Assembly: GCA_951804945.1 (NCBI GenBank)
Contig: OX638153.1
Location: 15,810,001-15,874,000 of the forward strand
Origin: Podarcis cretensis
Lineage: Eukaryota
Direction of reading: 5' to 3'
DNA length: 64,000 nucleotides
Of this stretch, positions 1 through 11,539 are shown in pieces. The position numbers and the translations under genes were made by a program. The notes below the pieces were generated by a model. It was given only the letters and a program-made list of their open reading frames with translations. It searched no databases and was not told where the DNA came from. The first letter of the stretch is position 1. Every line of letters starts with the position of its first letter.

Positions 1-1202
1 CATTGATGCTTGCAAAATTATTTCAATACATTATAGACCTTTTCTGAACAATTAGGACACCAACAGAGCAAAAGCTATTGGGTTATAATGTACAAATATG
101 ATTAAGGCGTTTATCTGTGAAAGCTACTAATGTCCCATTGCTAATATGGCTATCTTACTGGGGTCATAGGCTATCAGAAAAGGCAACTTCATTCATCTCT
201 ACACACCCCAATGGTAACTACAAACCCATTTTCTACAAACCCTGACCCGGAAGAGTTAAGGGGCTGCTGCCACAAACAGTGTGCAATTCAACAGCCCTGC
301 TAGCCAGCGATGTGAAGCAGTGGCAAAGAAGGAACAGAGTGATGTCCTGGCATGGGTAAGAGTGCTTCTGGCTATGCGGGAGCCAGAAATAACTCAACAA
401 ACATGTATGCCATTTCTTGGAGCTTGGCGTTTGTGAAGAAGCCCACCAGCACATCACTGAAGACCAAACCACAGCATGTTTTGAATACGTTGATTGAACA
501 GTGAGGCTTCTGCAGGCATCCTTGTAGCCAAGTAGGGTGAGATGAGTTCAGTATTTTTCTGCTGCGTTTGGGGATTTTTAGTTCAGTTTTCTGCTGCTGC
601 CATGTGACGACGTTCCCTTACATTCTTCATACAGCCCAGCGCCCATCCCTGCAAGATGTTTGCTTCCTTTCCTAATCGATGTTTTGGCCACTCTTCCAAA
701 TCCAGTTAGTTCTCCGGTCCTAGAGCTGAAATTGGCATTTGATGGGTGCCTTGTCCTCTGTGAGCACAACGTCTGCTTCTTTGGGAAATGAAAAACTGTT
801 TTCACCTAATTGTCCTTGCCTTTAGTGGTTGGAGGAGAGTTTCTTAAGAAGAGACACAATGCAGGGGAAACAAGACAATTCACAGGGTAGGGCGAATTGG
901 ACCATACAACTTCTTTCTATAGGCGTAATAAATGTATGCTTTTGATCTTGAAAGGTACTGCTGGAAGACCCTCTTGGGAGCAAGGAAAATTCCAGTCTCA
1001 AACATCTAGACCCCCCTGTGTATTCAGGGTCATATTATGTGTTCTTATGGTTATGCAAATCCACCAGTTTGGCTGCAAAAAAACCCATGTTTAATATTGT
1101 TAGTTTTACTTAGTTCTCTTAGAAGGTGACAGAAGCTTGAGGGTTTACAGATGCCCCCCTTTTCCTATCTTAATTAGGGTAGAGTCTTTTCCTTAATGCT
1201 CC

Positions 1203-1685
1203 CAAGCGGGAGATAACCAGAGCATGCACCACTCTGGCGAGACAGTCCACAGGCAGGTAGGGTCTCAGTTTGCGTACCAGATGGAGCTGGTAGACAGCTG
1301 CCCTGGACACAGAATTGACCTGCGCCTCCATGGACAGCTGTGAGTCCAAAATGACTCCCAAGCTGTGCACCTGGTCCTTCAGGGGCACAGTTACCCCATT
1401 CAGGACCAGGGAGTCCCCTATACCTGCTTGCCCTCTGTCCCCCCAAAACAGTACTTCTGTCTTGTCAGGATTCAACCTCAATCTGTTAGCCCCCATCCAT
1501 CCTCCAACCCTCTCCAGGCACTCACACAGGATGTTCACCACCTTCACTGGTTTTGATTTGAAAGAGAGGTAGAGCTGGGTGTCATCCGCATACTGATGAA
1601 CACCCAACCCAAACCCCCAATGATCTCTCCCAGCGACTTCATATAGATGTTAAAAAGCATGGGGGAGAGGACAGAACCCTGACAA
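1203..1685 (-). mobile_element. L2-type LINE reverse transcriptase fragment
   Basis: QGSVLSPMLFNIYM, then a frameshift to HQYADDTQLYLS...NRLRLNPDKTEVL...LGVILDSQLSM...HALVISRL. Confidence 0.9.
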
Positions 1686-3348
1686 ACTTTGCGAATGACC
1701 CAAAATAAATATATATCTGTCCCCTGCTCCCAGGTGTACATCAGTGAATACTGACAATCATATTGAGGTTACTATCAAGGGTGGATATTGTTGGACTCAG
1801 TCGCCCATCACCCTTGACCACACAGCAGCTTTAGGGCAACAGCATCTGAACGTTGGCTACCCCAATGCACCTTCACTGGGGCGATCGCTGAGCTTTTTGT
1901 CCGTTTGCAGAATTCATCTCGGATAGTCAAATATCAAAACATTCTCTGTAACGTATAGAGAGAGAAAAGGTCAGAGGCATTGAATTATTATGTTGGGAAA
2001 AATGTGTTTATTCTCTCTGGGACAGAAAATAGCAATTACTGACTCTCCCAAGCTGTGTTGTGACTCATGTCAAGCTGCAATGTACTGATTTTCAATAAAT
2101 TATAATGCTACTCTGGCAAATAATGTGAATGAGTGTTGCTGCAATCCTCCAAGATTTTGATACAATACCCTGCATGCTCATAGTTTTTATTGCTTTTGCA
2201 GAGATGAAACACATGTGGGGGGTGGAGGAAGAATCTGCATTTAGGAGGTATTTGATTCCCAATATATTTATGTAAGTAGCCCACACAATTTTACACTGTA
2301 GGAAGACTGCTTTGAGTGTGGAGGGGCGGGGGGAGCTGCAGCAGAAGGTTAGCAAGCAGGGAAAGAATTCAGCAACCCCATTTATGGGTTTTTTAACAGT
2401 ACAATCCTAACCCCATGGTAAGCAATGCTTGAGAAGGTAGGATTTGCCAAAGTTGTCCCCCTGCTCTGCTTCCCAAAAACTGTGGCTGGCTGAGCAACTA
2501 CAGCCACCAATGTTCCTGCTGGTTGTAACCAGCACAGGAGCCTGAAATAGAGTGCTACATGAGCAGAGACAATATAGTGGGGGGGGGGCGCAGGGGTGGT
2601 TGCCCTGAGTGCAAAATTATTAGGGGTGCAAAATTTCAACACCCAGTGCTGCGCGCTTGCATTGCTCGGCTCTGTTGAAAACAGCTTCTCCACACAAACG
2701 ACAACAGAACAACTTCTTTTCTTATCTCTGTGGCTCCCCGTGCTCTGTTAGGCCCTGGGCTCTGGCAATGCACGCTACACCACTGAACCATGGATCTACA
2801 GCGTGGCCCCGGGAGTTGGCAACCCATGCTATGCCACTGAACCATGGATCCACTGGATCCAAAAGCTGTTCCACTCCCCTGAAAGTGGCTTGACTTGAGC
2901 CCCTCTGCTCCACCCCTGGACCCCACCACTGACCACCTTCTTTGGCAAGTGTGAGAGGCAAGGTTTCGGGTATGGCTATGACTCCACTCCGATCTGTTGA
3001 TTCCCAGACCCATTTAAAATTGTTCCTCCCTGTGATTGAGCTGTACCAACTTACCCGAGAGTAAACCCAACTGAAGTCAGTGGAGCTGAATAGACATGTG
3101 CAAGTGTGGTTTATTGTTTCTGGAAGCTTTGCACCAAACTTTGTGTTAATGGTGGAGGCTGGTCCTCGGGGGCAAATGGGACTCTGCCCCACCCACCTCA
3201 GTTTGTCCCCAGCCAAATTCAGTGGGTACCAGCCACCACTGGTGTTAGATGCAAATGCATTAATGCCAACCCCAATGGCTGCTGCTTTGCAGGAGGGCCA
3301 GCTTCCAGAGGAAGTGATTTTCAACAGAGAAGCAGCGGGACGGAGGCA

Positions 3349-3607
3349 CCATATTTTTCGCTCTATAAGACGCACCAGACCACAAGACGCACCTAGTTTT
3401 GGGAGGAGGAAAACAAGAAAAAATTATTCTGAATCTCAGAAGCCAGAACAGCGAGAGGGATCGCTGTGCAGTGAAAGCAGCAATCCCTCTTGCTGTTCTG
3501 GCTTCTGGGATAGCTGTGCAGCCTGCATTCGCTCCATAAGACGCACACACATTTCCCCTTACTTTTTAGGAGGGGAAAAGTGAATCTTACAGAGCAAAAA
3601 AATATGG
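3349..3607. mobile_element. Tc1/mariner (pogo-like) MITE
   Basis: TIR ccatatttttcgctct...agagcaaaaaaatatgg followed by TA; internal palindrome; second copy at 23338. Confidence 0.8.
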
Positions 3608-4476
3608 TACTTAAAACTTTCCCCTGCCCCTTCTCCGTTGGAAATCACCATCTCTTGAATTGCTTCATATGCTATTGCTGTTTTGAGCACCATTTGGTGA
3701 AAACATGAGGATATATACGGAAGAAACAAAATTAATAAGGAAGCAAAAAGCTCGCATTTGGACATAACGTCGGCTGCATGGGATTGTCTCATTTTACCTT
3801 CTATTTTTATTAGGCTTGCTTTTGTCTGCTGCTGTATCTTCATGGTAACCTGTGCTCTTTGGCATCCCCTGTTCACTCGAAGGAGGTGTGTGTGCAGGAG
3901 ACCGATGAGTTTTATGCAAAAAGCAGTATAGGAAACCCTGAGTGCTCAAGAATAATGCTTGCAATTTGTGACCCAATTATGATTCAAGTCAAGAGGATTT
4001 TTACAGATCGCTGCTCAAAATATGGGGGGCGGTGCTTGAATTGATCATGTAACAATGAAGTGGAATAAAAATGCTATACCACCTAAATATTATAATATTA
4101 GTTGTGTGTTATACTTCATAATAACTGTAGCCATTTTAACCAGTACGGGACACCCCCATTTAATATATGAAATCCAAAGGGATCTGTGCCTTTGGCAGGT
4201 AGGTTTATTCAACGTATAATTGTTCAGGGCGGAACTATGTTGCTCTCGGGGGTGCTATTGGCCGTCTTCCAAACCCACTTTTTAAAGTCCATTTTGGGGA
4301 CGCTTTTCCTGGCCTCTGCACCCCTGGCTGGCTCCCACCCCCCTCCACACGCTTGCATTTCAGATGGTGGTGCCTGCCTCGTCGTCTTCCTCTGACAACG
4401 GCATACACATACCCCGCCAATTTTGCTATTTGGTGATCTCAGTTCCTCTGCCTCCTATCTTCTATCCCCAATAAAT

Positions 4477-4791
4477 AAAGGTAAAGGGACCCCTGACCAT
4501 TAGGTTCAGTCGTGGCCGACTCTGGGGTTGTGGCGCTCATCTCGCTTTATTGGCCGAGGAAGCCGGCGTACAGCTTCCGGGTCATGTACTAAGCCGCTTA
4601 TGGCGAACCAGAGCAGCGCACGGAAACGTCGTTTACCTTCCCGCCAGAGCGGTACCTATTTATTTACTTGCACTTTGACGTTCTTTTGAACTGCTAGGTT
4701 GGCAGGAGCAGGGACCGAGCAACGGGAGCTCACCCGGTCACGCGGATTCGAACTGCCGATCGGCAAGTCCTAGGCTTTGTGGTTTAACCCA
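4477..4791 (-). mobile_element. Sauria SINE (lacertid-type)
   Basis: Reverse complement contains B-box GTTCGAATCC, GAGCTCCCGTTGCTCGG, ATAAATAGGTACCGC and a 3' CCTTTACCTTT tail. Confidence 0.92.
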
Positions 4792-4799
4792 TTCTAGCC

Positions 4800-6310
4800 C
4801 CAATAGTCTCCTTCAATTTCTGGCTTGGAGTTACTCCCCACACTCTGCTTGGGCAATCTCTTGATTTCGTCTTCGCCAAGAACTGCTCTGTCCCTCTTCT
4901 CTCTTTTTGCGTTTCTCTCTTCTTGATCACATCTCCCTCCATGCTTGTTTTCCTTCCAGAACCCGCAGTCACTCGACTCAGTATCTTTCGGGGAAGCATT
5001 TAATTTGTGCCCGCCTGATCTTTAGACTCTGCATTGAATTCTCTGTGACTTATTCCTATCCTCAGCTCTTTGATATGTCCGCCCCACTCTCCTAACCATT
5101 AATTTGCCCCTCTCACCCCACTAGCCCCAGCTCCTTCCTTCCATTCGATATCTCTGTGCATGTTCTCCTGTCGCTCATCACATCAGAAAGAAATAAACAA
5201 GCCGTCTAATTTCACCCACCCTCCCTTTCTTGCACCCAATCTATGTGGCCAAACAATGACACCTGTCTGATTGACACGAATTCTAGGAATCTTCAAGGAT
5301 TCTTCTCCACTTTTCAGGAGCAGGCCTACCATTAGACAGAGTGGGGTGGCTGCCTTAGGCAGCAGCTGCTGAGTGGTGGTGAAATATTAGAGGACAGAGC
5401 TGAACATGCCTTCCAGCCTTTCCTAATTTGTTTAGGTAGCCTGCTTTCCTCAAATGCGGCAGGGAAAACCATCCCCTCATCCTTGTTGAACTAAGATTCA
5501 GCTGCCAATTGGGTTGAATTCTGTACATGGAATTGGTGGCTGTGGTGGTGCCACCACCACTTTGTCTCTTGTTTTGGGCAACCAAACAACAACAACAATA
5601 ACAATAATAATAATACAGTGGTACCTTGGTTCTCAAATGCCTTGGTCCTCAAACAACTTGGAACCCAAACACTGCAAACTCGGAAGTAAGTGTTCTGGTT
5701 TGCAGACCTTTTTTCGGAAGTCGAACGTACTCACTTTGAGTGTTACGCTTCCAGTTTGAGTTCCACTCTTCCGTTTTGAGTGTTACGGTGAGGTCTGTCT
5801 GCTTTTGCTATTTATTTTGTGTTTTTATGGCTCTTTTTGGTGTGACTGTGTGGAACCCAGTTCAGCTACCGATAGATTGGTTGTGTGACTGCAGTACATT
5901 GTTTATAGCTTTCGTTTTATGGATCAGTGGTCTCGTTAGATAGTAAAATTCACATTAAATTGCTGTTTTAGGGGTTGTTTTTAAAAGCCTGGAACGGATT
6001 AATCCATTTTGCATTACTTTCTATGGGAAAACTGTAATAATTGTATACCACCCTTCATCTGTCGATCTCAGGGCTCTGCTCAATACTATGTTTCCTCCAT
6101 TGCACCCGCCTACTCTGGTCTCTCTTACTCTCTCACATTCTCCCCTTCCCACTTCCAGCTTTCTCTCCTCCTGAGCTTTCCTTAGCGGTCCTCTTTCACC
6201 CACCCTGTTTCACTTGATGAATTGACTACCCTCTTGTCCTCATCTAACCCCTACATGTGTCACCTTTATTCTGTTCCCTCCAGGATGCTGAGGCCGCTCC
6301 TTCCCCGCCC
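4800..6310 (+). mobile_element. Old degraded L2 remnant interrupted by a MITE
   Basis: Vestigial TPHTLLGQSLDFVF..NC / LDH (endonuclease end) and LLSSSNP..C....PS motifs. Confidence 0.4.
5616..6034. mobile_element. Tigger/Tc1-like MITE (internally deleted)
   Basis: TA|CAGTGGTACCTTGG start and ACTG|TA end. Confidence 0.75.
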
Positions 6311-7384
6311 CCTAATTATATATCCTGTCTATCACAGAATCCTGTGGGTTAAAAAGCCTCATATAACCAACATGCTTAAGTCTAATGAATGCATAAAGGT
6401 TTTAAGGCCATAGAGAAAGCTGTCCTTGCCAGGCTTAGCTCACCTTGGGAGGGACTACGTAATCAAAACTTTGTCCCTTTCCAGTCTACCGGAGAAGCTC
6501 AACGTGTGAAGAGGTCTGAGATAGTTGCTGCAGCTCGGAATGCATGGCTTTCACAAGCCATTATTGTGTTCCTAGACCAGTAATTTAGGGAATTGTCACC
6601 ACTCTGAAACTAAGCCAAGTTTTACTGCCTATGTGTCTTTTCTGACTGGTGTATGGAAAACCACATAAACCTGACCTTTGGGAAAAAATGTAAGTAAACC
6701 AATTTTTAACTTACTAAACATGTGGTCTTTTCCTTTGCTGGGGGAAGATGGAAGTTTTGGAACTCACAAGGGGGTATTTTAAAGGTCTAACAGCCCATAT
6801 TTCCACGCTTTGCTTTGCTTTGCTGTATATTTTGTGATTTTAAAGCTGTGCTGGGGTTCTTTCACCAAAGAGTATTTGCCCCAAACCTGGATCTTGGCAT
6901 TCAGGAATACTAATTTTAAACCTATTTTTTTTCCTTGAACCAACATGTCCATTCTGCTTTCAAACGCTGTGAGGGGTAAATTACAGGGCCCAGAATTCTA
7001 TGAGGGGGCAAAATATGCTTCAAATGTGCTTTAAAGGTGTAGCAAATGCTACATGAGGTTTCAGCTGTGTGGTGGCCAACTGCAGAAGGGCTTGCTGGAG
7101 TCCACTTATTGCCTGAGTGACACTGGCTCCATCCTCACCCCAGGAAAATTACAGTGTCTCAAAATACACTCGTTAAGCAGCAAATCTGTTCCGTCAGATT
7201 CTTCTCACTGTGAAAATGAACCTGGCTCCACAAACTCGATGGCAAAATCTTCCCCTGGTGGGAACAGACGCGTCAAACACCTGTGTAGGGTGAATGTCTG
7301 GAAAATGTGTCTATACATGGATAAAGGATTGCTCTACTAAGAGAAACAAAATATCCACATTTTTATAGAGGACCTTATTTGCAT

Positions 7385-7892
7385 CTAAGGGCTCCAGGTG
7401 CAACCCCTGGTATTTCACGTTAAAAGGGATCTAAACAGCTGCTGCTTGAGGCCCCAAGAGAACCACTGACAGCCGCAGGATATCAGCCTTTGCCAACCTG
7501 CTGCCCTCCCTATGTTTTTGGACTACAACTCCCATCAACTTCAGCCAGCACAGCATGATGGGAGTTGTAGTCCAAAACACAGATTGGTGAATGCTGGAGT
7601 GCATAGTTCCAGGTTGAAGAGCCCAGTAGGGCCTGACTCAGTACAGTGGCACCTCAGTTTACGAACTGAATCCGTTCCGGAAGTCCGTTCTTAAACCGAA
7701 ACCGTTCTTAAACCGAGGTGCGCTTTCTTTAATGTGGCCTCCTGCCACCGGTGCCCTTCCACTGTTCGGATTCCGTTCTTAGACTGAGGTAGTTTGCAAA
7801 CCGGGACACTACTTCCGGTTTTGCGGAGTTCGTAAACCGGTTCGTAAACAGGACTGTTCTTAAACCGAGGTACCACTGTAAAAGGCATTCAG
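7385..7892 (+). mobile_element. Squam3-like SINE remnant with a nested hAT MITE (about 7484-7596) and Tc1 MITE (7644-7878)
   Basis: SINE 3' motif GACTCAGTA...TAAAAGGCA is split by TA|CAGTGG...CCACTG|TA; hAT-type GACTACAACTCCCATCA/TGATGGGAGTTGTAGTC palindrome. Confidence 0.6.
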
Positions 7893-8689
7893 ATCAATGT
7901 CATCTCACTTCACCTGCCCAGCTGACTGGTTCATATTAAGTCCTAATTCCTTCAATAAGATTAATGACGGGAAACTTTAAACAGGGTGTTGATTCTCCCT
8001 CACTATGTACTCGCTGCCTTTTATTTAATCAAGCAGTCGCAGTTCTATGCGCCTTTGGAAGAAAGGATGCGATCCTACAAATGTTTACCTATGAGGAAGC
8101 TGAACACACTGGGGATTTACTTCTGAGTAGGCTATGCTGCAAGCCTCCACTTCTGAGTAAACTGTGCATTAAGACTAGGCTGGGGACATTTAAAACGTCG
8201 CCTCAATCAAAACAACAATTCCAGGTTCATCTAGCCACCTAACGTGTGAACCCGGCTGGCGTGGTGGTGGGGCTCAGAAGCAAACCCTCCATCAACCCCC
8301 CCTGTTCCTAAGAAGCTCAATTTCCCACTTGCCAGTAGCAGATTAAAAAAAAAAAAAAAAACAGAAACGGGGAGGGACCTCGTCTGTCAGAGCCTATGTA
8401 GATTAACCTTTCAATTAGCTGTTATCAAGTCCTGTGTTTTAGAACCAGTCCTTGCGATCTGCGGCCATTTAGCATCAAGAAAGGTTTGAGGATTTTTTTT
8501 AATAATTTTTTTTTTATGGGGGGGAGGCAGAGCTGCGGGAGCGGGGAGGGCATGAACAATCCTAATTCTGCGTCCCTGTGTTTGAATATGTACTGAAACC
8601 TCACTCCCCAAATCCCAATCCACGACCTGATTGTTTGCTTGCAACCTTTTTTTTGGGGGGGGGAGGGGGGTGTAAATATATTTCTATAT

Positions 8690-10642
8690 ATCTATGTTTC
8701 CGCACGTCTCTGTGATTTCCCCTCCCTTTTTGGGGGGTGGGGGTGGGGAGAATAAGAAGAGAGGCTTCGCAAAGGCGAGAGGAGGAGGAGGAGGAGGGGA
8801 CAAAAAGGTATTAATTTTTCCTCGTAATGTCGTTGCGTGCGATTTGGTGGGGCGCAAAAAAGAAAGGAGGGAAAGCTTTGATTGCAAATAAATAAATAAA
8901 TAAAAATTATGGGGGGGGGGATCCCAAATCCGCTACATCGGGATTCCTCCCGCACTCTCTGTCTCTCTCGCCCCCCGCACCCCACCCCTTTCCCAATTTC
9001 CTTCTGGCTTCTCCGTTTATTTGGGAAAAAAGGGGGTGGCGGAGAGGGGGAAAGGGCTCGCGAGGGTGGTTGTGTTGCTGGCTCGGAGGGAAAAGGCAGC
9101 GAGGAGCTGCCGCCGCCGCGATCGCCTTTTCTGGAGGAGCAGCGGCAGCAGAGGCAGCATTCCGCCCGAACCGCTTCTGCAGAAACATCCCCGAGCAGAG
9201 AGAAAAGGAAAAAGGTCGATTTGCAAGCTGCAAAGGTTGGGGAGGGGCGGGAAGGGGTTTGTTGACGATCCGTGCGGGGACTTTTGCAAAGCTTTCTACG
9301 AGCCGGAGAGGCCCGTGCACGTGTTTACAGGCACTTCTGCCGGCTCCGCGCGATTGTATTGTATTGGCCCTTTGCATTTCGGGGGTGGGGGGGTGGACAA
9401 GTCGCGGCGGCAGCAGCAGCAGCAGGCTGGGCTGGGAGAGCGGCGGGGCGGTTGCCGAAAGCAATCTGGTGTGTGCGTGCGTGTTGCATCCCCCCCCCAC
9501 CGTGTGTCTTTCTAGGCAGCGATTGTTTTCTGCAGAAAATGGGCGGGTTCGGGGGAGTCCCGGGTGCATTGCAATATAGCTGGGAGGTTTGCGTGTGCAT
9601 GCATGCATGCATGTATATCGGTGGCGGTGGACTTGCATATGGTCGTGTAGCTGGGAATCAATTGTCCGCTACGTCGCGGTCGTGCGAAGGGTTGCTGCTG
9701 CTGCTGCCGGTGCCAGGCACCTTAAGGGGAGGCGGGTTTCCGAATCGCGATGAGGACATGTTTGTTTTTTAAGTCTCGCCCGACCGGGTGGATGGCAAAA
9801 GGCTCCGGCGGCACGTGGCGTGAAACTCAAAGACTTAAGCGGGCGCTTATTAGTGTGTGTCGCGCGCCCGTCCGCTCCAGGCACGCTTAAGCGTTCTTCT
9901 CGCCCTTCCTTCCCGCGATAGGGCGCCTCTGCCGCTTTAAACTTCAGCGGGGGGGGTGTGTGTGGAGGAGAAGTGGCTTGATGGACAGCCGCCGCGGCCT
10001 ATAAGAAGCCTATCTGTGCCGTCTCGTTTCCTCTTGCACCTTCCCATTCGTAACCGTTCTCCAATGAGAACCGAGGACAAGGCGGCGCTCCGCGATCCGA
10101 GGAGCCTTTGCCACAGAAGTGCGTTCCCACCCTCTCCCTTAAGAGGCGTGATTGACGTCTCGCGCCCTCCAATCGCTGCGGACGCGTCGGAGAAAGATGT
10201 GAGTGGGGGGGGAGTAAGGCGGAGATGATGGACAGGGCTGCGTCGCCAATGAAGGCGGCTGCTTACCCCTGGTGAGGCGGGGCTTTACCCCAGCCTTCTC
10301 GAGGAGGCGGGGGACGGCAAGGTAGGGATGCGCCGCGTTGATTGCGAGACAAAATGGCGGCGGCTTGAAAAGGCGAGAGCGGCGGCGCGGAGGGAAGCTC
10401 GCTGTCGAGGGCGCCGGCAGCAGGGGGCGCAGCTGCGGCAGCTCCCGGCCGTGGCTCCTCCCTCGCGGGCCGCTTCCCAAGCCGCGGGGGCGGGTCGCGA
10501 GGGCCGCCCGCCGCCGGTGAGGTGAGTGGCGGGAGTGAGGCGGCCGGCCTTGGCCCCGCGGGGCTGAGGGGAGGATCCGCCGGGGCGCCTGAGGGAGAGA
10601 AGGCGGGCGGGGGACCCAAAGGAGGAAACAAGCAGCGGAGGC
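8690..10642. promoter_or_regulatory. CpG island / KAT6B promoter
   Basis: Dense CpG and GC content. CCAAT at 10061, 10169 and 10246, TGACGT at 10153, and a YY1-type CAAAATGGCGGC at 10350-10361. Confidence 0.9.
10340..10521 (+). other. KAT6B: Probable non-coding first exon of KAT6B (TSS approximate)
   Basis: Follows the CCAAT boxes and YY1 motif and ends at the consensus donor GAG|GTGAGT (10521/10522). Confidence 0.65.
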
Positions 10643-11177
10643 GTCTGAAAGTTAACTAATTGGGCTGCCTATGAAGTGAATGTCAACCACCTTCTTATTG
10701 TTGTTGTTATTATTTATTTTAATTAATTAAAGAGCGTTTTTCTTCGGCTTGCCAGCCATACTTTGCCTTGACTCGTGTGGGTTGTTTTTTTTGTTTTTGC
10801 GGTGATATTGGACTCAGTATGGAATTGCTTATCTTGTGCTTCCCCCTCCCTTTTTTTTTAATAAATAAGAGTTTAATTGAACAAGGACATCAAATGGGAA
10901 AGGTATATATCATTGTAAGAGTCTGAAGTTAACTAATTGGGCTGAATATAAAGTGAATATCAAACATATTATTATTATTATTATCACCATCATCATCATT
11001 ATTATTAAAATGCGTTTTTCTTCAGCTCACTAGACATACTTTGTCTTGATTCGTGTGGGGTTTTTGTGGTAATATTGGACTCAATCCTTGTGCTCTCCCT
11101 TCTTTCTTTTTTAAAGAAGAGTTTAATTGAACAAGGATGTCAAAAGGGAAAGGTACACAGTATATCATTATTAGAGT
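10643..11177 (+). repeat. Direct tandem duplication (10643-10920 and 10921-11177)
   Basis: Both units run GTCTGAA.GTTAACTAATTGGGCTG...CATACTTTG.CTTGA.TCGTGTGGG...AAGAGTTTAATTGAACAAGGA...GGGAAAGGTA...TATATCATT. Confidence 0.9.
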
Positions 11178-11221
11178 TGACGATCCCGATTCTGTATATA
11201 CTGTATTTGCTCTATTTATTT

Positions 11222-11381
11222 TTTTTATTTTTTAAAAAAGTATTTATACTTTTCAGATTTATACATTTCACTAATTTTACAATCATTTTTACATTTCCAA
11301 ACTTGACTTCCTCCCCCCCTCTTTCTGCGGTTCCTTAAATATATTTTAAATGTCTTCTGCATATACAAATTAACGTATTTA
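11222..11381 (-). mobile_element. L1 3' end fragment
   Basis: Poly-T start followed by TTGACTTCCTCCCC, resembling squamate L1 3'UTRs (from memory). Confidence 0.5.
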
Positions 11382-11539
11382 CCATATTTACCCTAATGCT
11401 CACCTTTTTGGGCCAAATGATGGTCGATTTGGTTGCATGTTCGCTGGCATAGATGCCCTTTTTGGGAGGGATGTTTCAAGATTCCGAAAACGGAGGTACG
11501 CATTAGGTTCGATGGCGCATTAGCTTTGAGTAAATACGG
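11382..11539. mobile_element. Short pogo-like MITE
   Basis: TIR ccatatttac...gtaaatacgg. Confidence 0.5.

Noticed and set aside
8692-10631. Many long ORFs (up to 243 aa) on both strands
   Set aside because: They are expected from stop-codon scarcity in a CpG island, have low-complexity A/P/R/G content and show no recognisable domain.
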